DNA from: Eledone cirrhosa
Taxonomy: Eukaryota
Assembly: GCA_964016885.1 (NCBI GenBank)
Contig: OZ024740.1
Coordinates: 320,602,001 to 320,666,000, forward strand
Reading direction: 5' to 3'
Length of the DNA stretch: 64,000 bases
Positions 47,389 through 62,300 of the stretch are shown piece by piece. Position numbers and translations under genes: made by a program. How positions within the stretch are numbered: the stretch's first letter is position 1; each line of letters starts with the position of its first letter. The notes under the pieces were generated by a model that saw only the letters and a program-made list of their open reading frames with translations, was not told where the DNA came from and searched no databases.

Positions 47389-50300
47389 ATGGATCAGAAG
47401 AATATGGAGCCCAATAAAGATGGCAATTCAAAACCTCTGGTGCAGGACCGTGACAAACAGAGTAGCAGCCCCAAATCTCTTGTAAGTGTGCTATTTGAAA
47501 AACTAAACACTATTTCATTATTGCTAAAGTTCTTGTCTTCGTTCAATACATCAGTAAAGTAAAAAATGTTTAATATAATAATTGACATCGTGCATCTGTG
47601 CACTCCATCTGCACACAGGGAACAGTACCGATGATACTCAGATTCTCCACCTTGGCCCCCCAAAATCACACATCATACTACTTACCTGCGCTCCTCATCT
47701 ATCTTGAAACTTTTCCATTTTTCCCACCCTTTTAACCTCCTCTTTCTCTGAACTTTGCTTTCTCCTGATGGACTAAGGAGAGAGAGATGTAGATATCTTT
47801 ATTTTATATAGAAATAACTTCTACAGGACTAGAACTGTTTCATTCATATGAAATCATGTTCATATGATAAAACAGTTCTAGTTCTGTAGAAACCATTTCT
47901 ATATAAAACAAATATGCCTATACTCTTCTAACGTATTGAGTACTCTTTTTCTTTGGTCAGTTCCTGATACACATCAAGATAAACAAAGTGAACACAGATG
48001 CAATAACACAAAATCTTATTAGTTTCTCGCTTGTTTCAAATATATACTGTATTCTAGCACAAATATTTATTATATATGTTTTTCTAGCTTTGATAAAAAT
48101 AATTTTTCAGACTATCAGTCTCATCTTTAGAGATAAAAAAATATTCTAATACAAGTTGGCCCTTTCTAATCTGGCAAGATTAAGGTCATACAAGTGTTGG
48201 AGTAATAGATTCCTCTTATGCCTAGTTTTTCTCTCAGTTTACATATGCTGATAAATTCATGCATATTAACATTATACATCCAATCCAATCCAGAGCCTTC
48301 TCACTCATGTTGGAGTAACCCATCTCTAGTTGATCTCCACTACTTTCTGTTTGTTTTTAATTATGTCAGGGGTGTAGTCATATTAACCATGTTTGGTCAG
48401 TTGTGGGTTGGAGCATATTAGCTTTATTTCATTCTAGTTTTCACAGATTTTCTGCAGTCAAGGCCCATGTCTTGCTGCCATGTAGCGTTTCAGTCTGCAC
48501 ACAGACATTATACAGTCTACCCTTCACTCTTTAAGACAAACTCTCAGCTCCCTAAACTTCCATTCTGTTCTTGGCCACTATACTTTCAGAGCATTCTCTT
48601 CCATTGCTGATTAGGTCACCTAAGTAACTAAAACTGTCAACAACTTCTAGGAAGCATTGCGGGCAATTACATTGTAATGAATGGTATCAACCTTAAAAAT
48701 ACCGAAACTATAGTGATTTCCAGAAGTTGACTGAAATGGGATGGGACTGTCTGTATTTTCGTTATTTTTTCCATTGCCTATGTCCTGTGTGCCCCCTACT
48801 TTGAATATATGTATATGTACTGAACCAGAATTTATCGAACCTTACTGCCGAATTGTTGATTTGAGAAATGTAATGTATGCGGTTCATTTTCTTGTCGTCT
48901 CTGCATATTCATAGTCCATAGACCTATCAGTATTTAAACTGTTATTATTTGTTAAATGTTCATTTAACTTAGAATCTAATCTTTTCAATAATATGAATAA
49001 ATCTGTCAGACCTTTCTAAAAATAATCTTCTCATAAACTTTCCCATATCCCTCCCTCCGTCCCCACATACCACCTTTGTTATTTGGTCCAATCATAATTC
49101 AGCGGCTTATAATATGTTTCTCCTACCAATCTCTTTCACAAATACACCACCTCAGCTATTACTCCTTAAGGCTAGACCTGGTTGCTTTTCGATATGCTAA
49201 ATGGACTACAGAATTTGGAGTCTGAACAATCTGAACACTCAATGACAATGTCAAAGATAAAGATAAATTCACCTCCCGCTGCCGGACGAGAATGCAAGGA
49301 CTCCTCTTTATTTCAGACACGGATGGCCAACATAATTCCATCTCCCGCACCCCTCCCTGCGCCTCCAACCCATCCCTTCCACCCACCCAACAAAATCCAA
49401 AACTTCAGAGTTGGTACCGTGAAGGTAGGCACTTTGAAAGGTCGCACAAACAAGGTTGTAGAGATGCTTGAATGTAAGGAAGTTGATGTTTGTTGTGTTC
49501 AAGAGACTAGGTGGAGAGGTGGGTCTGCTAGATTCATTTTGGGTAAAAAAATGATGCTATAAACTTTTCTGGGTGGGAAATGACAATGGGCAGGGTGGGG
49601 TAGGAATTATGTTAGCAGAAAAATGGGTAGATAAGGTAATTGCCGTAAATAGAGTGAACGACAATAATTAAAATAAGACTTGTCCTAAATAGAACTACTG
49701 TGACAATAATATCCACTTATGCACCCCAATCTGGCCTACCTGACATTATAAAAGACAGGTTCTATGAGTCGCTAATGCTCACTACCTCCCAAATAACCAA
49801 CTGTACTTGCCCTCACTGATACTGATAAGAACGTAGCTTGGAAGTGTCACTACGAGAGACTACTAAATGAGGAGAATAAATGGGAAAAAGATAGTCTGCC
49901 CCAAATCGATCCAATAGAGGGACCAGCAGTGCAAGTTAAAGGTAGTATAATAAGTAAGGCAATCAAAGATGTGAAGACAGGCAAGGCAACTGGGCCTTCG
50001 GAGATAGTTGCTGAGATGTTGAAAGAATCTGGAATGGTGGGACATACTATGGTCACCCGGATAGTAAACCAAGTAATACAAAATGGGGTCATACCAAATG
50101 ACTGGCGTAGCAGCAGCATCATTAACTGCTACAAGGGTAAAGGAGACGCTCTAGATAGGGGAAACTATAGAGGCATTAAGTTAGTTGACCAGGTCATGAA
50201 GGTCACAGAAAGAGTTATAGCGTAACTACTCAGAGAGTGAATTGATCTAGATGAAATGCAGTTTAGGTTTGTGTCAGATAAAAGTACCACAGACGCTCTT

Positions 50301-53300
50301 TTCCTTGTACGACAACTACAGAAGAGTACCTAGCTAAAAGTAAACCCCTCTACTTAGCTTTAGTTGACTTGGAGAAAGCCTTTGACAGAGTACCCTGCTC
50401 CATTATCTGGTGGGCTCTTAGAAAACTAGGAGTAGATGAATGGCTTGTGAGAGTTATACAAGCCATGTATAAAGAAACAGTCAGCAAGGTTAGAATTAAC
50501 AATGAATATAGTGAAGAATTTAGCGTAAAAGTTGGAGTTCATCAAGGCTCTGTCCTAAACCCCCTCCTATTTATTATTGCCCTTCAGGCTATAACAGAGG
50601 AGTTTAAGACCGGCTGCCCATGGGAACTTCTATACGCAGATGATCTAACGCTCATAGCTGAATCTATGGCTGAACTAGAGATAAATTCCAAACATGGAAG
50701 CATGGCCTAGAATCAAAAGGTCTTAACGTTAACTTGTCTAAGACTAAAGTTCTAGTATGTAGAAAGGAAAATAGGGCACTGGTGTCCTCTGGGAAATGGC
50801 CATGCTCAGTGTGTAGGTAGAAATTTCATTTTATGTCCCAAATGCAAACTATGGGTTCATAAAAGATGTAGTGGGATCACAGGTAAACTATCTAAGAACG
50901 TAGATTTTATATGTAGCCGATGCTCAGGTGCAATACGTAGCTAGTGCCCACAGGATACTAGCTCCTTCTATTGCCCAGATGGTTCTATAGAAATAGTGGA
51001 CACTTTCCGTTACCTGGGTGACAAAATCAGCAGTGGTGGAGAGTGCTCTGAAAGTACAGTAGCCAGAGTCAGAATGGGATGGAAAAAGTTCAGAGAGCTT
51101 ATGCCACTATTGGCCACTAAAGGTTTCTCTCTAAAAATGAAAGGCAGATTGTATGATGCCTGTATACAAACAGCAATGTTACATGGCAGTGAAAGATGGG
51201 CATTGTGTGCAGACTGGAAAGGAATGAAGTATGCATGCTCCATTGGATGTGTAATAGAAATATACGCGAACAGCAAAACATAAACGAACTAAGTGAGAAG
51301 TTAGGAATAAGAGGGATCAGATGCTGTTTACTTGAGAGAAGACTACGTTGGTATGGTCACGTGATATGCATGAAAGACGACAGCTGTATAAAAAAGTGCA
51401 GGGCGATCAAAATTGATGGAAGTTACGGAGTAGGTGGACCCAGAAAAACCTGGGACGATTTGATAAATTCCGACCTTGCACACTTGCACCTCTCTAAGAC
51501 AATCTCACTGGACCGAGATCTTTGGCGCCACGCAGTAATACAGAAGACCTGCCTTGCCTATGTACAAAGCAAAACCTACAGTCAGTAGGCACCTCTTAAC
51601 CAAATATACACCCCAATCCACTACCCCTACTCCATACCCCCACTCCCACCAACACCACCCTTTCTCTGGAAAGTTATGTTGGTACCACAACATCCAATCC
51701 AAACTAATGAGGTCGTGTAGGTGTCAGGACAAAAAAAAAACAGTCCATGCTGTAATGTGGCCGTGTAGGCAATACGGTAAAAAGCTCCCCAGTTCACACT
51801 GTAAATGTGGTTGGTGTTAGAAAGGGCATCCAGCCATAGAAAACCTGCCAGATAGTCCTATACGAGCGAGACACGGTCACCCAACCAATCTTGCCTCAAG
51901 TGGGACAATTCCCGTCTAACCCATGCTAGCATGGAGGATAGACGTTAAACGATGATGATGATGAACATATGCACACTCACATCATATATATACACACATA
52001 TGTACTGACTTAGTCTGTGAAGGAATACCAGCATTAAATGATGATTATATACATATATATACACACACATTGTTTTTAAAATAAATTGCTTTCATTCCTC
52101 CATTTACCATATTTAATTCCAGTTGAAGCAGATTATGAAACTAAATGAGACACAAGCTTCATTTCATCCAAATTATTCTCCTACAATTCAGATGGAACCA
52201 CTACGGGAGGTAAGGTTCTCTTCAACTTCTCTTCTTCTTCAATCTCTAGCTGGTGATTGGGGGAGGCTGTCCTCTCAACCAATTCACTTTTGTGGGTGCT
52301 GCTGCTGGATGATGGACTCCAAAGATGATGTACTTCCATGGTGCTAACCTGAGCATGGTTGAGGTCAAGGCACTACAATTTCAGGTCCTACTTAATTTGT
52401 CCTTCCCATGTCTTCTTTGGTGCACTGCGCTGGATTCTCCAGTGCATGGGTCGCTGTCATGACAAAAGTTGGTGTGGTAGTCTTCTGGTGTTCATCCTGC
52501 AGACGTGGCCGGATTTGGTCTCGAATGGTCAGTTGCTACTGGCATTGTTCTCGGATATTGTTAAAGATTCAGTTGCATAGAGAGACACCAAGGATCAGAT
52601 GAAGAGATTGCATTTGGAACACCTCAACTTTAAGTCTTGTTTGATGTGGTCTAGGTCTCAGCACTGTAGAGGACAAGTAGACCAGTGTGTGGAAAAGACG
52701 GATCTTGGTTCTTAGGGAGATATTAGGCTTCTTCTAGACACACCATCAAAAGGATCCAAACATAGAAGTGACAGACCCAATTCGGCAGTTGATCTCTAAT
52801 TTTATTAATACATCAATTTGAGGAGGTGAAGAAGTGTTAATAGCCTTTTAGGTCCCCATAGACTGGGAGAATGGAAATCTCCATGATCACAGCTTCTTCT
52901 CCTCTGACTAACCATTTAAATATCCTTGTCTCATCATCAACAAAATTATTTTCTATTTATCTAACTTTCATATGCACTTTTATTATGAAACACTATGTTA
53001 GTAGTACTACTGCTAATTAATCTTAGCCAGTCAAGGTCAGGGATAATGAAACACAGCCCAGCATGTGACTGAGGAACCTGATCAGACAGTACTGCATGCT
53101 GTTCGGGATTGCCACTTCAGACGTTTACCTGGAGGCAAACCATAATGCTGCAAATGAAGCCATGGTCTGGCTTGCCGGTCTCAGCCTGCCTCTCTAGCTA
53201 TTGTGCATATGTCATACGACAAAGAAGAAAAAGTTCAGGCTATATACAAATAAGTATCTCTAGCTGATGCTTAAGTTGCACTATATGCAAATCAAATAAG

Positions 53301-56300
53301 CATTAACAGCAAATGTTTTGTATGCAAAAAAGCATGTAAGCTCTAGCTTATTCTTGTCTCAGTACTGAGTAAGTAAATGCCACTGATGACCGATAAAAAT
53401 CCAGAAACAGGGGTCTAATATTCTCACTAAGAAAGCTGTGACATACATGATCATAGCTTAAAATATTTATCGCAAGACTTTTGTATGTTTATTATACATA
53501 AACATATCATGAACTCTGCTATATTGGTGCTACTGCTGAGATATATATATGTGTGTGTGTGTGTGTGTATAATATATATCTATCTATCTAGGGCGGGTAA
53601 AATTCCCGAGATCCATGGATGAGTTCTCTCCAGCAGTCTGTCGCTCATCATCGCTGCCATGTCCTGCGTCTCCAAGAGACCAGTCTCTGTCCTTAGAGCA
53701 TCAACATATGTCAACCTCAGTCTTCCTCTTCCAGTGTGTCCATGCAGGGGCTCCCACGGGTGCACTGAGTGTAGTGTCAACTTTGGATGTCGGTGAGCAT
53801 GTCTAGCTAACCTCAGTCTCCTCTGTATGTACATATGGATGTGTAATAGTAATATACGTAATAGTAATATACGTGAACGGCAAAGCATAAACGAACTAAG
53901 GGAGAAATTAGGAATAAGAGGGATCAGATGCTGTTTACTCGAGAGAAGACTACATTGGTACGGTCACGTGATGCGCATGAAAGACGACAGCTATATAAAA
54001 AAGTGCAGGGCGATAAAAATAGACGGTAGCCACGGAGTAGGCAGACCCAGAAAAACCTGGGACGACTTGCTAAATTCCGACCTCACACACTTACACCTCT
54101 CCAAGACAATGTCACTGGACCGAGATGTTTGGCGCTACACAGTAATACAGAAGACCCGCCTTGCCTAAGTACACAGCGAAACCTACAGTCAGTAGGCACC
54201 TCTAACAAAAATACACCCCGGCCCCACTACCCCCACCCCATCCACACCACCCCTTCCAATGTAAAGTTATGTTGGTACCACAGCATCCAGTCCGAAACAA
54301 ATGAGGGCGTGTAGGTGTCACAACAAAAAAACACACAGTCCATGCTGTAATGTGGCCATGTAGGTAACACGGTAAAAACCTCCCAGTCCACACTGTAAAC
54401 GTGGTTGGTGTTAGGAAGGGCATCCAGCCGTAGAAAACCCGCCAGACAGTCCTATACGAGCAAGACAACCAATCTTGCCTCAAGTGGGAAAATTCCCGTC
54501 CAAACCCATGCTAGCGTGGAAGATAGACGTTAAACGATGATGATGATGATGATACATACACACGTATATGTATGTAGGTGCATGTATTTATATGAAGTGC
54601 TGTCTAACATACTTAACTCTTTCATGACCGCATTTCTAATGAAATACACTCTATTTTAATTAATGAAGAATTTTGAAAGATTTACTAAAATTATTATTTC
54701 ATTACTAATATAAGGTTCTTATATAAAATTATGTTGGAAGATTTTAATTTAAATTGTAAATTTTTAAAATGGTTGTTTTTATTTCATAGATCTAGAGCTG
54801 GTTCTGTCTGGGTTGGTAACTAAAGGGTTCATGCAATGAGCCAAAAATAATTTTTAATCAGTTGAAATTATACCCCTAACAAGAAGAAAAGATAGAATTT
54901 TTTTTTTTTCCTTTTCCAAAGAAGCCATTGAGTTCTCTTCCTTGCCTTCTTTGAATTCTTTTTTGTTCACTACTTTATGCTGGCTTGTTCTTCATGCAGA
55001 AGTGACTGCTTGGTAATTTTCTAATGTTTGTATTTATATTAAAGCCTGACACACAATCACATAAGAGGCACCGTTCTCAACGGCTTTCTGGAATAGTTGC
55101 AGCAGTGAAAACACCCAAAACACTTTTAAAGAATTTTGTATCTCAAGGTATGGCTTATTGCTGTTTCGTCTACTCTCTCTAAATTCTTCTTCTTCTTCTT
55201 TTCTTTTCTTTTTTTTTCTTTTTTTTTCTTCATCTTCTTCTAATTTTGATGTTGTTATTGTTGTTTATAATTTGTAGCTCCCACTGAAACTCCTTTGTTG
55301 GCATCAAATATCACAACCAACTCAAATATGTCTGAAAAGTCTTCTATGTTTTTACCTGCCAAAGTAATGGATTCTTCTCAAAATTACAGGTAATATTGAA
55401 ATAATCATGTAATACACCCTGTTAGGTTATTTTGTATCTGTATTTTGTATGGATCAGTACATATATTTTTAACCCTTTAGCATTTAAACCAGCCATATCC
55501 GTCCAGAATTCCTTCACCTCTTTCTGTTTAAACTGGCTGTAACCAGCCACTCATACTGATGTTAAGGTATTGTTCACAAAATAACTATCAAAATCGCATA
55601 AATTCGATATTATGTGAGGTAGAGCCTTTACCGCAAAATTATAGTAGTATATATAGAATAATATAAATGCTAAAGGGTTAAGTTGGACAGAAGAAGAGGA
55701 GGTAGAAGTGGAGAAAAACTCAATGAACTATGAAGGCTTTTCCAGAGTAGTGACATTCATGCACTGTATGTGTATCATGTATGTGTATGTAATACATATA
55801 TTAGAAACAAGCATTACAGGGCAGTTAAGAAGATAGTTATGAAGTCCTAAGTTCAGTTCCACAGCATATCTTGGCCTTTTTCCATAGCTTTAGATTGACC
55901 CAAACCCTGTGCATAAATAACCTCTTAGTGAATCATTGGATTACCAATAAAAGCCAATGGAACCTTATCTATATTTGGGTTGTTTGGTTTAATCTTACAT
56001 GCTTGTTATTTCTATTCTACTACAAGCTAATAAAGAAACCATTTACCACATTTTTTTCTGATGAGCAGGTACATAAATATAATTTGCTATAGCTTGGTGG
56101 ATAAGGTCCAGATTTTATTCTATATTCTTCAATTTTGTTGTAACTGTGGAAGATAGTATCCAATTTTGCTGTAGCTATGGTAGATATTATCCAATTTTGC
56201 TGTAGCTCTGCTGGATATTATCTAATTTTGTTGTAACTGTGGTAGATAGTATCCAATTTTGCTGTAGCTGTGGTTTATAGTATCCAGATTTTGCTGTAGC

Positions 56301-59300
56301 TGTAGTGGTTAGTATCCAGATTTTTAGTTAATGACAACTATAGGTGACTGAGGTTATACCAAGACTTATATGAATTTCTCATTTCATTTCCATCCTATTT
56401 ATTGACATTGTATGGAGAAAGGGGCACATAGAAAGTAATTCTTCGCAACAGTCTGTTTTATTAGCAGAACTTATGTTGAAATTATTGATTCTTCCTTACT
56501 TATGAAAGTAAAACAATATTGAACTTAACTATTGCTTAGTTGAATGATTGTTTGAGAAATCCAGGTGGTGTTAACATCTCCATTTTAGAAGAAGAAAAAT
56601 GGCTAAGATCATTTGGTATTGGTCCACTTGCTCAAAAGTCTTGTGTTCAAATACACTATGAGTGTTTTAAGCAGTACATTATTACATGCCTCAGTTTGCC
56701 TGGCTGTCAGAAATAGATAGCAGATCAGCAGAGAATATTACCTAAAACAATTTATCTTATCCAAAGAGATAATTTGTTTCTTACAAATCTAATCATAAGC
56801 TCTTAAAATCTAATCATAAGCTCTTAAAACCCTCTCAGAACATGGGTTACATTTAGTAGTCACACATATACTAACTTTATATCACATGTAAGTGGCTCAC
56901 TCACTTAAAGAAAGTACAAAGCTCTACTCATGAATCTTGAATAATCATTTCCCTTCTTATTAATTTTTCAGATTTTTTCCCACCCCTGCTTATTAAATTT
57001 TGCTAATCTATCTCCGACTAAATTTTATTTTAAATGGTAGCATTTCTGCAACAATTAATTTTCTTTATACATTAAAAAACATTAAAACATTATGCATGAC
57101 AAAAAAAAGTACATTACTAGAAATCTCATATCTTATAAAATAAATAGGATGGGTAGGGGTCTCAATATGTAAACTAAACTACTAATTCTGGTTTTAAAAA
57201 AAATCAACAGAGACAACCTAGAAAAATTACTGACCCCCTCCCCCCCCCCCCCCCCATTATATGGGACCCGAGAGTAAGAGGCATTGTATCTTATGTAATA
57301 TTTATTCACTTTTTAGTTATTTATTCAGTTTTATCTTTTTTTTTCTTCCCAGAGATATTTCAGTAACAGTTAGTGACCTTGAAGATGAAGAAGCTTTATT
57401 GAAGCAGCAAAAGTCATTCGGTAATGAAACATTTTCTAAATCCAATGTTTTTTTGGTTTTTTTCATTTACCTTAATTTTTAGTTTCAGTTGTTTATTTTA
57501 TTAGGAGTGTATCTTGTTTTATATAGTGAATACTACACAGAGTTACTATTAGGTTGTAACTACTATGCAAAGGTTTTTTTTTTGGAGTGGAGTGTCTAGA
57601 TGAATAGGGCTGCGCTCATGGCCTTCACAAGCCCACTGAAACTGGAAAGACAATTGCTGTTAATATTATGTTTAAATTATTGCAAGTCCACTCCTTGGGG
57701 AAAGGCATGAGCAGAGAGGGAGTTCCAGTGGGCTGACATTATGGGCAGAGTGGTTAGTGAAGAGCCTGGAAGGTTTGATACATGGATGAGGATAGGCATA
57801 TGAGTTGGAAGTACCTGAGTGGAGGTGGAATAACCTTAGTGGAGGAGCAGCGACCATTGTAGTAATGTTAAAAGAAGCCGAGGAAATAGACTACATATGT
57901 GTGTCTGTGAGTGACTATACCAATTAGCCAACTGGTTATAGTCTAGAATGGTAATGTGAGGAGTACTCCATTGTATGTCTCACCTTATAGTCATTAATTG
58001 TTGGATTATGCAATATTTTTTGGTCTTGAAGAAATAAAGAGAAAGGTCAATTGTTGAGATGCAATTCAATCTATGTTGAAGATGTGTGTTCACCATGCAC
58101 TGTTTTCTGTCTTCGCTTTCTCAGAGCATACCAGTGAACAGGTTTCTTAACAGTGACTGCATAATCCGATATTTCTTGTAACTGTTGTCTTTCCTCACCA
58201 GACATGGGATAACTAGTGCCTATCCAAACACTGACTGGTGCTACAGTTAACAACACTATCACTTCTGACGTTCTCACATGTGATAAACTATTGTAAGTTC
58301 AGGAGTTAAATTTGATCTTTAAACTAAAATATAGAAGTCATGTATGAGGGGATGCTGAAAAATCCCTTGCTTTGGATAAAAGAAAATACAGGAGAATCAG
58401 TTAATTATGATTTTATTCAATATATCCCCCTCTCAGATTTACAGTGGTCTTACCTTCCCTGCAAAGGTAACAGCTCTACCCTTAAAGCCAGGAACTTTTC
58501 AGCACCCTCTTGGAAGGTTTGTTATAATTTGATTAATTCAGACTAAGATTTTATAGGTAAAATACTGTTGTTCCAATCGATCCATTTCTCTTTCAAGTTT
58601 AATAACACAAATAAAATGTCTTCATTATTGTCAGATAGTCATACAGGCTTTCAGCAAATCTTTTCAAAGGGGTTGAAAAGACCCAGGAAACAAATCACAG
58701 CAAAAGACATAGCAGATGGAATGAAGCAATCACAAGGTAAGTTATAAATATATTTAATTTTACTAATATGGCTTAAGGAAAACACCTCAAGGGATCATTC
58801 AACATCATCAATATTTTCAAACAATTTTCATGTTTTGGATGGGTCAGGAGACCTTAATTCACTCATATATTTCATTTTTTACTTAGCTGGATGCCTTTCA
58901 TCATCATCATCTCCATTTAACGTCCATTTTCCCACACTAGCATGGGTTAGACAAGTTTTCCCGTTGTGAGACAAGCCAGATCAGATGACCATGCCTTGCT
59001 AATACAGAACTGATTTTGGCTTGGTTTCTATGGCTGGATGCTCTTCCTAACGCCAACAACATTTACAGAGTGGCCTCTGTGCTTTTTGTCGTGACACCTT
59101 CACAACCACTTTACAGTGTGTGCTGGGTGCTTTTATAAATATATTAAATTTCACTAATATGGCTGAAGGAAAATACCTTGAGGGTGTTCAATATTTTACA
59201 ACAATTTTCATGGTTTGGATGAGTCAGGAGGTTATAATTCACTCATATATTTCATTTTTAACTTAATCTCTATAGCTGAATGCCTTTCGTAACATTAACA

Positions 59301-62300
59301 GCTTTACAGGGTGTACGGGTGCATTATTTTATCATGGCACCAGTAAAGAGGTTGTCAAGTCTATAGAAGAAGCCTTTTGTTGTCAGCAGAGGTACTAGTT
59401 CCTTAAACTTCTTTCAGCCTGTTCTAATTCTAGACACTACACTTTCTCAGCATCCTCTTCCACTGCTGATTAGGTCACCTAGGTAGCAAAAGGTATCAAT
59501 AACTTCTCAGGAGGAGAATTGAGGGAATCTATTCTGCATGTGCTCTTAGTGCTTATTTCTCTTTTACATCTGTCAAATACAAAATTTAACTTCTCTGTTA
59601 ACCTGCCTGTTATTCCACTACATCTCTTGTGCCTCCACAGATTGCACCATATGTACTTTAATAGATTTTCTGACACGTGTATGAGTATATTATTATAAAT
59701 GCGCAAACACAGACACACTTACAAAAATAAGTCACTCAAATTTATATATAGATTGTACACACAAGTGTAGTGAATGTTAGACGCTGTTTTCTGTAAGTTT
59801 GTCATCACCCTTCCTTCCTCAGTCATCTCTAGTTTGTGACATCATCAGCCCTTCTTTCCTCAATCATCTCTAGTGCGTGACATCGTCACCCCTTCCTTCC
59901 TCAGTCATCTCTAGTGCAGGACGTCATCACCCCTTCCTTCCTCAGTCATCTCTAGTTTGTGACATCATCACCCTTCCTTCCTTAATCATCTCTAGTGTGT
60001 GACATCATCACCCCTTCCTTCTTCAGTCATCTCTAGTGTGTGATGGAAGGACGGACAGATGGAAGTCACTCAAATCTATATATAGATTGAAATGATGACA
60101 TTGTAATTGATTTGATATGTTGAAAATATTTTTATTTCTATCTTATCAAAGGAATATTTGTTTTGCTAGATGCCGAGGAGGATGATGAAATTTTCCTTCA
60201 GAGGCCCAAAATGACAACAAAGAAAAGAAAGAAAATTACAGCAGAAGATATTGCAATGGGCATGAAACAATTTGAAGGTGAGATGTCTTTAGTTTTATTT
60301 ATTTATTCAATCAATTCAAACGTCCGCATAGAGCTAGTAAGCCATGACAGACTACGAGAAGTATTGAGTACTTCTTACAGTTGATAATCAAATAGAGCTA
60401 GTGAGACAAGTAATGAAAAAAAATTAATTAAAAAAAAGGAAGAAAAAATAGTAAAAAAAATAAAATGAAAATAAAAATTTCAAATATTGAAGGCCAATGG
60501 AAGGCAGATTATGCATAAGAAAATGAAAAAGAAAAGGAAAAGTGGAAACAAGGGAAGCTGTAAAACTGCTAGAAGTTTCTATTGTTGAATCTTTTCCTAG
60601 CTTCCATATACTCAAAGATTGTGTTTATATTTGGTAGACTTTAATCATATATTGAACTCCCAATCTTGGTAGTTTTTTAAAGATTGGTTTCAATGTGGCC
60701 TCTTGCTCTGACTGATAGTTTCTACATTGGAACAAATAATTGTTTCTACTTTTGGCACAAGGCCAGCAATTACCCCAGTACATTACTGGTGCTTTATTTT
60801 ATTTCCCCATGAAGATGAAAGGCAAAGCTAACTTCAGTGGGTTTTCAACTCACAATGTAAAGGGCCATAATTCTCTGCTGCAAAGCATGGTTTCTGATGC
60901 TCTACCAATACTGCCAGTAAACTGGCCACCTGTTGTGCCTTCAACATGATCACCTTACAGGGCAGACTGGGTGCATTTTGTTGTGTCACCAACCTGACCA
61001 CACCACAGTAAACTGGCCACCTGTCATGCCACCAACATGACCATGTTACATTCCTTATCTAATCCTAATTAATCCTTCACTTTTATGTTTTGAAAATATG
61101 ATTCCTTCTTCACGAGAAGTATAGGTTATACGAAGGTTAGGTTGCTGGCAGCAAGTAGAATGGAAAAGGGTTTAGTATTGTTGTGTAGTATAACCCTGAG
61201 GAATGGGACCAGTTACAAAGTGAAGTATCAGATTGATGCAAAAGATGTTATTGTGTTGCAGATATATGTTGTGTACTGGATGATAAAGTGTCATAATGGG
61301 TTTGTTGTTGTTTAGTTACAGGTCAACCCTGTTTGAGTAAACCTATTGCTCAAAGGTAGTCTAGTCATGACCATCCTGATGATTATAGTAGATATATACC
61401 ATAATGATAGTCCAAAGTTGACTATATTGCAGACAAATCCAATTCATTAGAGTATGGATAAAATTGGTTTGAAATAACTACAGTATGTTACTGTTGATGA
61501 TATCAGTGGTGGTAATAGTCATTTTATTTTACCCTTTAGCATTTAAACCGGCCATATACGGCCAGAACTCTCTCGCTTCTTTCTGTTCAAACCGGCTGTA
61601 ACCAGCTGCTCATCCAACAAAGTATTGCTGTCAAAATAAATAATATCAAAATCTCATAGATCCGATATTATGTGAGATAAAACCTTCACACGAAAATACA
61701 AGAGTATATATATAGAGTAATGTAAATGCTAAAGGGTTAAAGTATTATTTTCTTTTAGTTAGTTCCCTTCAAATATTTGTTAAAAGTGTACAGAGAATTC
61801 TCTGGCTCTGTACACTTTGAAATAGAAGATTAAGATTATTTTTTCTTGATCTATTTACTTATAAGACTAATGGAAAACAACAAACTAATGTGCTTATATT
61901 ATACATTTTTCTCAAATATAACAGAATTTTAAAAGCTTTATGAACTTGGTTTAAATTCACAAACTTTCCAGGTAAATATCTATGAAAACTTCATTTGGAT
62001 ATTGCATATTCATTACATCTAAGCAGGCAAGAGATGTTAGTATGTGTTGCCTCTTATCCATAATATATAATTGTTTCTACTTTTGGCACAAGGCCAGCAA
62101 TTACCCAATGCATTACTGGTACTTTATTCTATTGATCCCGGAAGGATGAAAGGCAAAGTTAACCTCGGCGGGATTTGAACTCAATGCTACTTAGTTCATT
62201 GTTGAATGATAGGGAGACGAGAGGGTATCAAAGACATAGGGGTGTCAGATGGAGACTTAACAAGGACATATTGGACAACAGGCCCAAATGTAGGTATAAC

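Noticed and set aside
59795-60045. CRISPR-like array
   Set aside because: Plain head-to-tail tandem repeat without spacers.
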